IMG/VR virus record: IMGVR_UViG_3300016659_000217
Length of the DNA stretch: 64,000 nt
Direction: 5' to 3' (one strand)
From: an uncultured virus (IMG/VR IMGVR_UViG_3300016659_000217)
Lineage: Duplodnaviria > Heunggongvirae > Uroviricota > Caudoviricetes
A program made the position numbers and the translations under genes. Below the pieces are notes generated by a model. The model made no database searches. It saw only the letters and a program-made list of their open reading frames with translations, and was not told the origin of the DNA. This document shows, one piece after another, positions 17,645 to 28,429 of the stretch; the stretch's first letter is position 1, and every line of letters begins with the position of its first letter.

Positions 17645-20164
17645 TTATTTCTTCGCATATCCAGTTCGTTTCATATGATAAAGGAAAGCCTTTTCCCCAT
17701 CAGCGCTATAGAGCATATCTTTAGCTTCACTCTCATCTTTGACCATGATTACCCTAAGGCTATTTTCGATAAGCTGAGATTGTTGATGATTTGGCTTATT
17801 AGCAAGATAATTAGTTAAATCCTTGTTCTGCTGAGGGTTTAACACTCGCTCACCACCATCCAATAACCATGTGCCTTCTTTTGGAATGTTATCAATACCA
17901 TTATGAGCCATACCATCAATTCCAATAGATGAAATTGTTGCAATTGCTGGCATTAATGCACCCATTACAGCTGTACCACCTGCAAACTTTTGAGGCAAAG
18001 TCATTGCACTCGGGTCTGCAAAAGCCTGCGTATATGCAGTCCATGCGGCAACCAGTGACGAAGCAATAGAAAATGCTTGTTGACCAGCAAATGCTATACG
18101 ATATGCCGTTGATTGCTCCCCAGCGTTGTTTTTAACTGACTGAGTTAATTGTGCAAAAGTAGTCTGCCCACTTGAAAAAATACCTTGCCACATATCTAAC
18201 TGTTGAAGCATTTGGCTTTGGGCCAAATCTTTAACACTTTGATCATACTGAAGATCAATTGCATACAACCCATCACGGTATTCTTTATGGGCATCTAAAA
18301 GTGCTTGATAGCGATCATCATCTGTCGAGTAAGCATCACTCGTCATAATGTCTCGCTCAACATTCACACGATCGTTCTTCAAAGCTACTTGAGCCTTTGA
18401 ACGATTACTCTCCAAAGCCCACTGAGAATATTCTTGCGGAGTCATCGTAGATTTCGCAAAAATATCATCAGCGCCACCAGAAAGACCTATGATTGAATCT
18501 TCTAAGGTTTGGCGCATTTCAAGTGCATGCCACTGAGTTTTTCTCAGCTCAATCGCATGTTGTTCATCTAGTACTTTCAGCTTTAACTCTTTAAGTTCGT
18601 TATTATATTTGCCCGATTCACTAATCATAATGCGCTGTGTTTCAAACGCATATTTCAGCTTTTCCTCTTCAGACCACTTAAAGGTATTAATTTCCTCAGT
18701 AATCTGACGAAGGTACATTTCTTCAGCAAATTCATAACGGCTTTTGGCTTTAGCGATATATGAAGCCTCTTCAGCACCAAAGTTTGCTTTCCCAATTTCC
18801 GTCACCTGACGTTTATAGTCTTCGGCAAACTTTGCGAAATCATCCAAATATTCATATGCAATGGAATTTCGCGCCTGTGCCTGCTGTTCTTTTAAGGCCT
18901 TAGTTGCAGCATTTGTTGCATTAGCAGCTTGGTTTTGTTTTTTAATCCACTCATCTGAACCTTTAATCACACCAGCTTGGCCACTTTGGTTTTTCGCCAT
19001 GGCAGCTGTAGCTTCATTCACAGTATTAGTAAATAAAGTTGTGATTGAAGTGCCTATATCATCCATAACTTTAGCATTGTCCGCTGCTGCCATAGATACA
19101 CCACTATTTGGAGCTCTTGCTACTGTTGCGCCAGTGATTAAGGTTTTTGCGAGCCTAAGACCAGGTAATTTATCCGCCCAAGTACCACCTTCAGCAGCTA
19201 AATCCACATTTTTTTTAGCATTAAGTGCATCGAAAGAAAGGCCTGCAATTGCATTGGAGAGTAGCTTTATAACCGCATAAACCCCCATACCTGTTGCCGC
19301 TACTCCCTTAAAGACGCCTCCTAAAGTCTCACCTGCATCAGACATTAAATCCGTCTCAGTTGTCGCATCAGACATAGCATCACCAACAGATACAAGTGCT
19401 GGCATCAACCCTTGGATGAACTGATTTTTTGCCCCTTGTACCTGCATATCTAAAAGCTTTAACTGAACTTTAAATTCAGACGCTTTTTGGATCGCAGATT
19501 CATCCATGATTAAGCCATAACGTTCTGCGGCATCTGCCCAGAACTTAAACCCTTCACCACCATTTTTAAGTAATGGAATCAGGTTAGTGGTATCTGAAGC
19601 CATGCTTTCCAAATAGAAAGACATTTGCTGTTGTGAAACGCCTGCCTCCTCAAGCTTATCGACATAAAGCTGTAGTGCTTGTGGACCTGATAAGTTCTGC
19701 ATCTCAAGTGCGAGTTTTCGTGCACCCTCAGCACTACCTTCCGTTTGAATAGCGATTTGTTCAAAGAAGTCGACGGCACCACCCGAACCGATGGTAATAA
19801 ACTCTCCGAGCTTTTCATTAAAGTCTTTTAATTGGTCTGCCAATTTATCTGGGTTAATATCTACCGATTGAGCCGCTGCAGACATTGCCTGAAATTCTTG
19901 CGTTGTTGCATTAGAAATGGCTGCAAATGTTTTTAGTTCTTGCGCTGCGTCTGCATAGGTTTTTGCCATAGCAAATACTGCAGCACCTGCTGCCGTCGCA
20001 CCAGATACTGCTATAGCTCCATACGCAAGCACGTCCTTTTGCATACTAGTAAAGCTAGTCTTGACTTGTTTTTCACTTTCCTTAATTGGTCCTACAAAGT
20101 TGCCAATTTTGGTGACTAGATCTAGTGTTAATGTTCCAAGCTTGGCACTCATATAAAACCTCAA
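17645..20164 (-). CDS. Tail tape measure protein
   Basis: LGTLTLDLVTK start, Ala-rich helical, C-terminal GMAHNGIDNIPKEGTWLLDGGERV. Confidence 0.9.
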   Translation of the reverse strand: MRFYMSAKLGTLTLDLVTKIGNFVGPIKESEKQVKTSFTSMQKDVLAYGAIAVSGATAAGAAVFAMAKTYADAAQELKTFAAISNATTQEFQAMSAAAQSVDINPDKLADQLKDFNEKLGEFITIGSGGAVDFFEQIAIQTEGSAEGARKLALEMQNLSGPQALQLYVDKLEEAGVSQQQMSFYLESMASDTTNLIPLLKNGGEGFKFWADAAERYGLIMDESAIQKASEFKVQLKLLDMQVQGAKNQFIQGLMPALVSVGDAMSDATTETDLMSDAGETLGGVFKGVAATGMGVYAVIKLLSNAIAGLSFDALNAKKNVDLAAEGGTWADKLPGLRLAKTLITGATVARAPNSGVSMAAADNAKVMDDIGTSITTLFTNTVNEATAAMAKNQSGQAGVIKGSDEWIKKQNQAANATNAATKALKEQQAQARNSIAYEYLDDFAKFAEDYKRQVTEIGKANFGAEEASYIAKAKSRYEFAEEMYLRQITEEINTFKWSEEEKLKYAFETQRIMISESGKYNNELKELKLKVLDEQHAIELRKTQWHALEMRQTLEDSIIGLSGGADDIFAKSTMTPQEYSQWALESNRSKAQVALKNDRVNVERDIMTSDAYSTDDDRYQALLDAHKEYRDGLYAIDLQYDQSVKDLAQSQMLQQLDMWQGIFSSGQTTFAQLTQSVKNNAGEQSTAYRIAFAGQQAFSIASSLVAAWTAYTQAFADPSAMTLPQKFAGGTAVMGALMPAIATISSIGIDGMAHNGIDNIPKEGTWLLDGGERVLNPQQNKDLTNYLANKPNHQQSQLIENSLRVIMVKDESEAKDMLYSADGEKAFLYHMKRTGYAKK

Positions 20165-20232
20165 GGCATAAAAAAGCCTCCTCTTCGTAGGTGGCTATAA
20201 TCAACTAATAGTTTGAAGCGTACTGAATTTAT

Positions 20233-20547
20233 CTAACCAGATTTTCTTTTAATCGCTTTCAAACGTTCTTCTTCAAAAGTTGTCACTGGAGCATCTTCAT
20301 GTGGCATATAGGTCAGAGCAGAGACTGATTCAGGATCTTTCACTTTAAACATTGTGTGATGGGCCATTAAATTACCGAAGCCCTGCTCAATTCTTCGCCC
20401 TATGAAGAGTGATCCTCTTTTTTCTCTATACGCTCTCCAGATTGCAAACTCGCGCGGACTGATCGTTTTTTTTGCTTTTTCAATGGTTCTTCCACCAATA
20501 CCGTTGAGGACAAGTTCGCACCAGAACTCTTCTTCTTCCAGATCCAC
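20233..20547 (-). CDS. Tail assembly chaperone T part (expressed as G-T by -1 frameshift)
   Basis: Overlaps G in the -1 frame just after the GGGAAAG site. Confidence 0.75.
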   Translation of the reverse strand: MDLEEEEFWCELVLNGIGGRTIEKAKKTISPREFAIWRAYREKRGSLFIGRRIEQGFGNLMAHHTMFKVKDPESVSALTYMPHEDAPVTTFEEERLKAIKRKSG

Positions 20548-20894
20548 TCCTTTCCCGAGAAATCATTAACCTCATCGGCTACGCGATACATCACATCCAC
20601 AATTTCAGATGAAACTTCACCTGTGCTTTGAACCGTTGGGAAAAATGGCTCATCAACCGAAGTATAAATTGCTTTAAAAATAATGGCCTTAGTAATTTGA
20701 TCAATCGTTGCCGTCTTCCGATCTTCCAAATCCCATGCATCAACAGCGGTAATTGTTTCATCATGCGACAAGCGCTTTACAAGAATTTCACCTTCAAATT
20801 CGGCCCCTTTCGAATCACGAAACTTAATTGTCTTTTCGGCAAAAGCACCTGTTCCAACAGCAGCCTTTGCCGCATTTAAGGTAAGTTTAGCCAT
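20400..20894 (-). CDS. Tail assembly chaperone G
   Basis: Between the tail tube and tape measure genes. Confidence 0.75.
   Translation of the reverse strand: MAKLTLNAAKAAVGTGAFAEKTIKFRDSKGAEFEGEILVKRLSHDETITAVDAWDLEDRKTATIDQITKAIIFKAIYTSVDEPFFPTVQSTGEVSSEIVDVMYRVADEVNDFSGKEWIWKKKSSGANLSSTVLVEEPLKKQKKRSVRASLQSGERIEKKEDHSS
20550..20556 (-). other. -1 ribosomal frameshift heptamer GGGAAAG
   Basis: TCG GGA AAG in G frame; the -1 frame continues G-V-D-L-E-E-E-E-F-W; same heptamer as lambda G-T. Confidence 0.8.
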
Positions 20895-21376
20895 TATGGA
20901 TTCACCTTAAACTGATCAATCACTTCTGATTGGCGTTTCATTGGAATGGTGTGATTAACCATGGCATCTAGTGCAAACACTGGAGAACCTTTTCTTAAAA
21001 TAGCTTCAAAGCTAGACCATGTACGTGTTTCTGGTAGCTCAATATCACTGCCTGTTAATGTTGGTTCTGCAATTCCATCAGACCAACCAACATACACTTC
21101 AACTTTTTCTTTATTCGCTGCAAGTTGCAGTAATGTCATATGCGATTGATTTTTAGGATCAGTATCGATTTGCACTGAACCTTCGCCAGGAGTAACAAGT
21201 CCATACTCAGAAGTCGCAGTACTTGTTTCTTCTAAGCATGTTGTATTAATTTCAGCTGCACTGTCGTCTCCTAATGCCAATGCTTTAATACAACCCATCT
21301 TTGTTAATGTGGGCACAGCACCGTGGACAATCCATACAGCGGTCCCATTAGATAAAACACCTTTTTTTGTTGCCAT
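20894..21376 (-). CDS. Major tail tube protein
   Basis: EINTTCLEE...GLVTPGE motif; position. Confidence 0.8.
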   Translation of the reverse strand: MATKKGVLSNGTAVWIVHGAVPTLTKMGCIKALALGDDSAAEINTTCLEETSTATSEYGLVTPGEGSVQIDTDPKNQSHMTLLQLAANKEKVEVYVGWSDGIAEPTLTGSDIELPETRTWSSFEAILRKGSPVFALDAMVNHTIPMKRQSEVIDQFKVNP

Positions 21377-21448
21377 GAGTTACTTCTCCTCAAATTTTAA
21401 GCATAAAAAAACACCTCTAAAGGTGCTCAGTAAAAAATACACTGTGTA

Positions 21449-21802
21449 TTAACGATCAAGCCACCAACTCCCTGAGAACCCACGAGCAAAGAGCTTTGTA
21501 TTTAACTCATAGTGTCCGATACGTTGTTCGATCAAGCTGTGTTCTTGCAGCACATTACATACAGCTGTTCGAATATCTAAAGCTGTCTTTTGGTTTGGGC
21601 TATAGACCATCACCTGATACAAAACATTATCTTGATTCGTGATGTTATCCAGTGAGGTATTTGGGGTGCCCGATAAGTCAGACCAAACCAAATACGGCGT
21701 AGGTGTCTTTTCAGGTGCCACATCTTCATAAATGTGTGCACCCAACATTCCGAATACTTGAGCATCAGCCTTCAAGATTCGGTAGATAGGTAATTGCTTC
21801 AT
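21449..21802 (-). CDS. Tail terminator (DUF3168-like)
   Basis: APEKTPTPYLVW...YQVMVYS. Confidence 0.75.
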   Translation of the reverse strand: MKQLPIYRILKADAQVFGMLGAHIYEDVAPEKTPTPYLVWSDLSGTPNTSLDNITNQDNVLYQVMVYSPNQKTALDIRTAVCNVLQEHSLIEQRIGHYELNTKLFARGFSGSWWLDR

Positions 21803-22317
21803 TCGATTTTTCCCTTTTGGATTGCGGATTCAATCGACTTCATAAACGCCTTGTTAAATTCAGCTGTTACTGCATCAATGTTCTGAGCTAATGCCGGTCT
21901 TAAAAATGGAACTGGTGGTGATGATGATGTACCAAACTCAATAAAGCGCCAGTAAAAAGTGTCGCCGCCCGGGTTCTTACTGCTTCCGTCGGTGGTGTAT
22001 TTCTTACCAGCGCGCCCCTTACGAAAATTGTCCTTAGTATTGGCATAGTTTTTCGCCCCACCAAGCACACCAACTCGCATACGAACGGTGTTTATGTCGT
22101 GGCTTTTGCCATTACGAATTACAAGGTTTTCTTGAATGCTTTCCCGCGTATCTGGATCATCAATACTTGAAGCTCCAACCTTGGCAGCAAATAGCACTAG
22201 TTGCATGGCTTTACGTGCAGCGGATCGAGCACGGCGGTTAACGGCTTTGCCATCTGTCAACGTTTGGAGTTTCTTAGAAAGTTCATCCATGCCCTCAATC
22301 TTAAATTCGACAGACAT
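21799..22317 (-). CDS. HK97 gp10-family tail completion protein
   Basis: FYWRFIEFGTS...PFLRPAL; start placed at ATG 22317. Confidence 0.85.
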   Translation of the reverse strand: MSVEFKIEGMDELSKKLQTLTDGKAVNRRARSAARKAMQLVLFAAKVGASSIDDPDTRESIQENLVIRNGKSHDINTVRMRVGVLGGAKNYANTKDNFRKGRAGKKYTTDGSSKNPGGDTFYWRFIEFGTSSSPPVPFLRPALAQNIDAVTAEFNKAFMKSIESAIQKGKIE

Positions 22318-22327
22318 AAGCGCTTCC

Positions 22328-22663
22328 TTATTTCTGTACACCATGACTGAGCATCAAAGTGCAGTAAATTTTGCCATTCTCAGCATCGGGTAAAGGCTCA
22401 CCAGTGATGCTATAAATTTTCCCATCGTATACAACACGCATAGTTGTATCGATATCTGATCGTTTACGGATCTTACAACGCGCGACAATTTCAGAATTAT
22501 TAGCCTGAGCAACCAACGTGTCTTTGACTGAAAGCCATGTGACCTTCGCCCAAAGCGTTGCATGTGTGGTCCATACTGGATCTAGGATGTTGCCATCGTC
22601 ATCACGTGGCGAAGTTTCCTTTTCGATGCTGATGCGGTGGCAGAGTTCGGGGGCTAAATCCAT
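22328..22663 (-). CDS. Head closure / head-tail adaptor
   Basis: LCHRISI...WAKV...MRVVYDGKIYSI. Confidence 0.8.
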   Translation of the reverse strand: MDLAPELCHRISIEKETSPRDDDGNILDPVWTTHATLWAKVTWLSVKDTLVAQANNSEIVARCKIRKRSDIDTTMRVVYDGKIYSITGEPLPDAENGKIYCTLMLSHGVQK

Positions 22664-22665
22664 GT

Positions 22666-22953
22666 CTATACCCCCATTTCCCTAAACTTTTGCAATAAAT
22701 CCCAATATGCCTTTGGTTTCCCATCTGCACTGCGGCTATATCGGTATTGAACAAAGATAAGACGAGCGGAATCCAAAGCTGTATTATCAACAAGATCAGA
22801 CTCATTCACCCGATCAGTTTCTGTTGCAATAATCTTACGATCGAGATCATTTTGAATAACAACCTCAGCCTCATCAATCCATTGGATTAAAAGGTCATCT
22901 TCTACATCATCATCGATACGACAATGTAATTTAGCTTTCGGAAGGTCGATCAT
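22666..22953 (-). CDS. Head-tail connector (gp6-like)
   Basis: AKLHCRIDDDVEDDLL. Confidence 0.8.
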   Translation of the reverse strand: MIDLPKAKLHCRIDDDVEDDLLIQWIDEAEVVIQNDLDRKIIATETDRVNESDLVDNTALDSARLIFVQYRYSRSADGKPKAYWDLLQKFREMGV

Positions 22954-23134
22954 TTTGATTTACCTTTTTGGTTGGAGTTTTTGGTGCGGGTTTTGGTTTA
23001 TCACCCTCTCCTAACTCAACTAAAATACCCTTGGCAACAAGATGCTTTACATCAACCGGATTAGCTTCCCGTTGCTCCCCAGTAAGGTAAAACTTATCAC
23101 CTAGATGCTCGCGCATTACTTTATATGTAGTCAA
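22931..23134 (-). CDS. Small hypothetical protein after capsid
   Basis: Position typical of HK97-like head operons. Confidence 0.6.
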   Translation of the reverse strand: MTTYKVMREHLGDKFYLTGEQREANPVDVKHLVAKGILVELGEGDKPKPAPKTPTKKVNQNDRPSES

Positions 23135-23181
23135 TTTTCATCTCCATGAATTAGGGGCTATTAGCCCCTAATTTGCATTTA

Positions 23182-24378
23182 TTAAGGTCCAGCAGGAACG
23201 ATATCACCGTAGATAAATGCTTCTGGACGGTAGACAGCAAGTGCTAAGCGCTCTTCGGCAAGAATCGTGACTAAGTTTTTAACAAAGTCATCTTCGTTTT
23301 CTGTAGCAACTTCCACACGCGAAAGCCAACGGTCAAAAATTTGAGCACCCATTGAGAATGCGCCAGTAAGAAACTTATTGACCGTAATTGCCTGAGTCTC
23401 AACTACTGGCAACTTCCATAGTGTTGGGTTGAGCGCACCTTGAGGATTACCAATGATGTATTGGCCTGATGTGTCCTTCAGGGTTTCAATCGCTGCCCAG
23501 TCAATTGGGTTTAAAACATGCCCACTTGCAGGATATTCAGCAAGTACTGCTTGCAACATTGCAAAGCGTAGAGTGTCAATTTTACTTTCTGCTGTTGTAG
23601 TAACACCTGTAGGCCGAACATATGGTGTTGCTTGCGGGATAATGCCCAGTAAGTTTTGACCCGTACCATCACCATTAAGGATTTGCTGTTCTTCTTTGAA
23701 TGCCAAACCGTAACGAAGACGACCATCAATATAAGACTGCAACTGTGAAGAATCGTCCAGAATTTGGCGAGAAGCCTTCATAAAGTGGGCAATCACTTTG
23801 GCTGTTGTTGATTTAAGATCAAACTTAATATCAGATTGAGCCTTTTTAGCACCTTCTGCTACAACATCAGCATTATTGGTAAACCCAGTTTCTTGGACGA
23901 ATTCAAGAGCATTACCATCCATACGACCCGGCATAAGCAAATCACGAATTGTAAGCTTACGATCAGGTGGTGCAATAATTCCCGGAATACGTGTAGCTTG
24001 CACTAAGTCACCAGCAGATCCGGCCGCATCAGTGGTTGCTGATGTAATGGTTGCTTTAATTTCTAAGTTTGCTTTACCACGCTGTCCTGCTTCACCTTGC
24101 AAAGATTTAAACTGCTCAGATTCCACAAATTGGCGTCCAAGTGATTTATGCTCCTCACCACCTTCTTGTGGTCGACGAGCCATTTTCTGCTCTAACTCAT
24201 CAATACGGGCTTTTGTTTCATTCAGCTTAGTAATTGCTTCATCGGCAGCTTGCTTTGCACCTTCAGCAATTTTGTCACCATGTTCACGCTTACCTTTGAA
24301 GTCTTCGGCGATTCCTTTTACTTCATCAACTTGTTTTTTAAACTCTTGAGCGAGTTGTTCTAAATTTTGATCAGGCAT
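23182..24378 (-). CDS. Major capsid protein, HK97 fold
   Basis: N-terminal coiled-coil delta domain; EEQQILNGDGTG; FVKNLVTILAEERLAL..RPEAF. Confidence 0.95.
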   Translation of the reverse strand: MPDQNLEQLAQEFKKQVDEVKGIAEDFKGKREHGDKIAEGAKQAADEAITKLNETKARIDELEQKMARRPQEGGEEHKSLGRQFVESEQFKSLQGEAGQRGKANLEIKATITSATTDAAGSAGDLVQATRIPGIIAPPDRKLTIRDLLMPGRMDGNALEFVQETGFTNNADVVAEGAKKAQSDIKFDLKSTTAKVIAHFMKASRQILDDSSQLQSYIDGRLRYGLAFKEEQQILNGDGTGQNLLGIIPQATPYVRPTGVTTTAESKIDTLRFAMLQAVLAEYPASGHVLNPIDWAAIETLKDTSGQYIIGNPQGALNPTLWKLPVVETQAITVNKFLTGAFSMGAQIFDRWLSRVEVATENEDDFVKNLVTILAEERLALAVYRPEAFIYGDIVPAGP

Positions 24379-25030
24379 TGCTGACTCCTTTTAAAATATT
24401 TAAGGCATTTGAAACTGATTTCGCTTCTTTGATTTGTTCCTCTGACTCGCTCAGAAGAGAGCGCAACCCTTTGCTAGCGATGGCAGTAGATTGCGATTTT
24501 GAAAATCCTGACTCTCTCAGGAATTTTTCAAATTCTGGTAAGGTCGGTAACTCACCGTCTTCTAATTTGTTTTTTACAGAAGTAATAAGACTTCGATCAT
24601 TTGCGGGTTGTGTGACAATCGAAATTTCACCAATATCCACTTCGATTAACTCTCGAACCCCATTTCCTTGCTGATTTGCCTTCTTTGTTGAATAACCAAT
24701 ACTTAAGCCATCAATAGCGCCAGCTTTCAAAAGCGCATATGTCGATTTGGCTCTTGGAACATCATCAATAAGCAATTTCCCTTCAACAAATAATCCTTTC
24801 TCATCTTCATAAATTTGTGTGTAAACACCGATTGGCTCACTGTCGTTGTGATTCCATAGGACTGGCGGCATCTTATTTTTTGACTGCCATTTTTCGAGTG
24901 ACGCTTTAAATGCACCTGGTAAAATCACATCGTTGTACCAGTCAACATTTCCGAAAACTGCACCATACCCCGAAAAAAAACCGTCCTCTTGGACGGCTTT
25001 AAGCTCAAAATTAAAACTTTTTCTAGTCAT
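24371..25030 (-). CDS. HK97-family prohead protease
   Basis: FSGYGAVFGNVD, VLWNH, GLSIGY, EISIVTQPAN; start placed at ATG 25030. Confidence 0.92.
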   Translation of the reverse strand: MTRKSFNFELKAVQEDGFFSGYGAVFGNVDWYNDVILPGAFKASLEKWQSKNKMPPVLWNHNDSEPIGVYTQIYEDEKGLFVEGKLLIDDVPRAKSTYALLKAGAIDGLSIGYSTKKANQQGNGVRELIEVDIGEISIVTQPANDRSLITSVKNKLEDGELPTLPEFEKFLRESGFSKSQSTAIASKGLRSLLSESEEQIKEAKSVSNALNILKGVSNA

Positions 25031-26258
25031 TAGGTTTCCCCTGTTCTTGTCCCAAAGGCACCATTTGCATTTGCACCATGAGTTTATCGGCTGATGGATC
25101 GTCCGCCTTTGGCATATCCTCAAGCTCACGGACTTCATTACGGGTATATAGACCGTTTTGAGTCATCTTCACGTAAAATTCCGCCCTTGCTGTATTGTTA
25201 GCTCGCAACAAACCGTCAACCGCGAATTTAGGACGAAATTGATATTTTTCATGTGGTAGCAAAAGTTTTCGCGCAATGGTTTGTTCGTAACGTACTAACT
25301 GAGGATTCAGCGAATAGGTCAAAAACCCCTGATTTGTCTGTTCTAAACTAGATGCCCATGAACTTGCTTTGTTGGTATGGCCAATCAATTGCGGCGGTAC
25401 GCCAAAAGCTCTACAAATTTCCTCAATACCAAAGTAACGTGACTCTAAAAGCTGTGCGTCTACTGGGTTAATTCTGATGTTGCTGGCAGAAGATAGTTTC
25501 ATACCTGCCTCAAGAATCATGTATTTCCCTGAATTTTCAGGCTTACTAAATTCTGACAAGTGGTTACGCATGCTTGTGCGCTGTTCTTTTGTCAGTGTTT
25601 GTTCACCAGTTTCAAGGAAACCGCCAACCTTTAAGCCATTCTTGAACCAATCTTGTGCTTGATTGTTCGCATCAAACTGCATACCAATTGTTTGTGCAAA
25701 AAATTGGATTGCAGATAGCCCAACATAACCATCTAAAGTGAAGCCTTTAAAATGTAGAATTTCATCATCGTTATAGATTTTGACTTTCCCATTTTCAGTG
25801 TAATGGTATTCAAAACTTCCATCTTTTGAGCGTTTTTTCACCATTTCGCTTGGAAACAGTGGCTCTAAAGATATAACGCTTCGGTTATTGCGACGAGCAA
25901 TATAACTATAAGCATTACCCCATAAATCTAAACACGCCGACTGGATCTGCCAATATTCACTTGCACACATATCCGCATTGGGTGAATCGTGCAAAATTCT
26001 ATACAGATCATGATCTTTAGCGATCTTCTTATTTGAATCGTATAAGTGTAAAGGCAGTGTAGAAATAGTTTCAGCGCGTAATTTCACACAAGCCCAAACT
26101 GCTGAAAGTTTTAGCGCTGTTTCAGGACTAACAACCGCACCACCTGAAGACATATAACTGTCAAAAGGATGTGAAGTATCACCTTTTCTAAGTTGGGTTC
26201 TTCCAGTCAATCGTGACCAGAAACGGGACCAAAAACCCGTATCTTGTAAATCGCTCAT
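25023..26258 (-). CDS. Portal protein, HK97 family
   Basis: SAVWACVKLRAETISTLPL; EEICRAFGVPP; TRNEVRELEDM. Confidence 0.95.
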   Translation of the reverse strand: MSDLQDTGFWSRFWSRLTGRTQLRKGDTSHPFDSYMSSGGAVVSPETALKLSAVWACVKLRAETISTLPLHLYDSNKKIAKDHDLYRILHDSPNADMCASEYWQIQSACLDLWGNAYSYIARRNNRSVISLEPLFPSEMVKKRSKDGSFEYHYTENGKVKIYNDDEILHFKGFTLDGYVGLSAIQFFAQTIGMQFDANNQAQDWFKNGLKVGGFLETGEQTLTKEQRTSMRNHLSEFSKPENSGKYMILEAGMKLSSASNIRINPVDAQLLESRYFGIEEICRAFGVPPQLIGHTNKASSWASSLEQTNQGFLTYSLNPQLVRYEQTIARKLLLPHEKYQFRPKFAVDGLLRANNTARAEFYVKMTQNGLYTRNEVRELEDMPKADDPSADKLMVQMQMVPLGQEQGKPND

Positions 26259-27946
26259 GCTATCACGACGTCCTCTAAATACCCGTCAATATCAAGATCC
26301 TTAACTTCAGGGTTCAAACTCATTAATGCCACGGCATTAAACATGGCAATAACTGGATCAATTTTTCCTACACCTGAATCCTGCTTGGTAATCCGCATAC
26401 CATTACCAATCATCACGACCCGAGCATTACCTACACACCAAGTCATCAGCTGCTGACCTGCATGCCAAAGGTTGCCCTCTGCTAACTTGCGCTCGGATGT
26501 CATGATATAGCCCATCAACTTATGCCCTTGCGGGACTGCGACAAGTATTTCTTCTGGGATTCCAGCGCCAGTTAAACCATCAATGAGACCTCCAAGACCT
26601 TGTGGATCCAGCCCAATTTTGTCGAGCTTGCCACTGTCATAAATTTGCTTTGCAATTAACGCCAACTGGTCAATGTCTTCACCCACTTTATCGACAACTA
26701 CAAGGCTTCCTTCTTTCTCAAAGTCTTTATATTTAGGGATATTCTCTTTACGACGTTCCAAGGCAATTTTATTCGCCCAAGCTCGATTCCAAAGCCACCA
26801 AATACGTGGATCTTTCTTTAACCGTCCTAAGGCAGCGAACCCAAGTAAGTCATCTAAGCCACCGCCATCAATACCTAAGGTAATCACTTCTGAATGCTCT
26901 ATTAATTGTTCAAGCTTGATTTCTTTAGACTGGTCTAACCAATACTCAGCACCTGCCCAACGGTTTGCTCGCAAGTTCATGCCTATTTCAATGTTTAGAT
27001 GCTTGGCCAAGAAGTCTCTAAGCGACTCTTCACCTGCATCTTTAACTTTATTGAACTCTGAAATCAGGTATTCAAGGTCAACTGATGCACCTAAATTTGG
27101 GTTTGTGATGTAAAAATTTTCAGGCTTAAGATGTTCTCCAGCCTCTATCAGATGCTTAGGGAACTCATAAATGAGTGGTAAAAAGGCTTTATCCTCTTTG
27201 ATTCCATCCCTTACATCACGTGCGTAATCCAATAATTGCTTGAATACACCACAAGGCACTTCGTCTGACATGGTAGAAAGGTAAATCACGCACCCTTCGG
27301 GACGCGATGCCAAGCCGCCTTTCGCTTCACGGAACATTGATTCAGCGTTGGCACGTTTACCAAATAACCAAACTTCATCAATCAAAATGATTGAGGCTTT
27401 CTTGCCGGCTGCTGCATTTGATTCAGCTGCAATAACTTTGAGCGTTGCACCAGTACCTAAATGAGTAACAGTTTTCGTATGCTCAGAAATATTAATCATT
27501 GAACTGAGTTCTTCATCTGCTTTGATGAAGTCTCGAATCGGGTTAAAGCTGTTGTCTGCGACCTCCTTGGTTGGTGCAAGGATTATCAACTCTGCTGAAA
27601 GTCGATCATTTAACAAAAGCAATGTCAGCATGATTCCTGCAGCGATCGTAGACTTAGTATTTTTCTTAGAAATCAGAAGAAAAAACTCACGAATCAAACG
27701 ACGCTTAGTTTCAGGGTTATATGCCCCTGCAATTGCTCTTACAAATTCAATCACCCACTCCAAGGTGACATCGCCCATCTTCGGACTATCCATCACATCA
27801 ACAAGAATGAGTTCCTTAAAAATTCGCTCTGCAACATCTGCAACTTTGGGAAACAGTGGTGCACATGGCATGAGCGATTGCTTTTTGACAATACGCTCCT
27901 CCCAGTCTGGGCAAGCGGTTGTCCATTCTGGGAGCATTGCAGTCAT
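26255..27946 (-). CDS. terL: Terminase large subunit
   Basis: Walker A-like ISKKNTKST, Walker B ILIDE, nuclease GIDGGGLDDL, KIDPVIA. Confidence 0.93.
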   Translation of the reverse strand: MTAMLPEWTTACPDWEERIVKKQSLMPCAPLFPKVADVAERIFKELILVDVMDSPKMGDVTLEWVIEFVRAIAGAYNPETKRRLIREFFLLISKKNTKSTIAAGIMLTLLLLNDRLSAELIILAPTKEVADNSFNPIRDFIKADEELSSMINISEHTKTVTHLGTGATLKVIAAESNAAAGKKASIILIDEVWLFGKRANAESMFREAKGGLASRPEGCVIYLSTMSDEVPCGVFKQLLDYARDVRDGIKEDKAFLPLIYEFPKHLIEAGEHLKPENFYITNPNLGASVDLEYLISEFNKVKDAGEESLRDFLAKHLNIEIGMNLRANRWAGAEYWLDQSKEIKLEQLIEHSEVITLGIDGGGLDDLLGFAALGRLKKDPRIWWLWNRAWANKIALERRKENIPKYKDFEKEGSLVVVDKVGEDIDQLALIAKQIYDSGKLDKIGLDPQGLGGLIDGLTGAGIPEEILVAVPQGHKLMGYIMTSERKLAEGNLWHAGQQLMTWCVGNARVVMIGNGMRITKQDSGVGKIDPVIAMFNAVALMSLNPEVKDLDIDGYLEDVVIA

Positions 27947-27949
27947 GTT

Positions 27950-28429
27950 TTAACTCGGTAATTGATTATTCAAGGTGCCAAACTTTCCACTTTGGGCTGC
28001 TTTCTTAGCTTCTTCCGCTTTAGTTTCTTTCTTACCTTTGTCAGCAACCTTGCCATGTACATAAGGTAATGCAGCCTTAGCAGCATTCACTCGCATGAAC
28101 ATGTCATCGCTTTTATTCATCACATCTAAAAGAAACTGTAACGGATCATCCTTGGCGTAATTTTCATCATCCAAAGGATTGTCATTTTCCCCACTATCCA
28201 CGGAGTTAACTTTTTGTTTTTTTGAAGTTAACTTTTGGGTCGTAGGAGTTAACTTTTTAACTGATTTAAATTGATCAATATAGGCAATAACTTCAGGAAT
28301 TTTTGCAAGTTTAGAACCTTGCTGCATTGCAGATTTTTCACTATATCCTGCTGATATTGCTGCATCTTTATTGCTTAAGCCATCCACAACAGCTTGAGCA
28401 AAAGCTTTCATTTTTGCTGTTAAAGCCAT
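27950..28429 (-). CDS. terS: Terminase small subunit
   Basis: DAAISAGYSEKSA HTH; directly upstream of terL. Confidence 0.85.
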   Translation of the reverse strand: MALTAKMKAFAQAVVDGLSNKDAAISAGYSEKSAMQQGSKLAKIPEVIAYIDQFKSVKKLTPTTQKLTSKKQKVNSVDSGENDNPLDDENYAKDDPLQFLLDVMNKSDDMFMRVNAAKAALPYVHGKVADKGKKETKAEEAKKAAQSGKFGTLNNQLPS

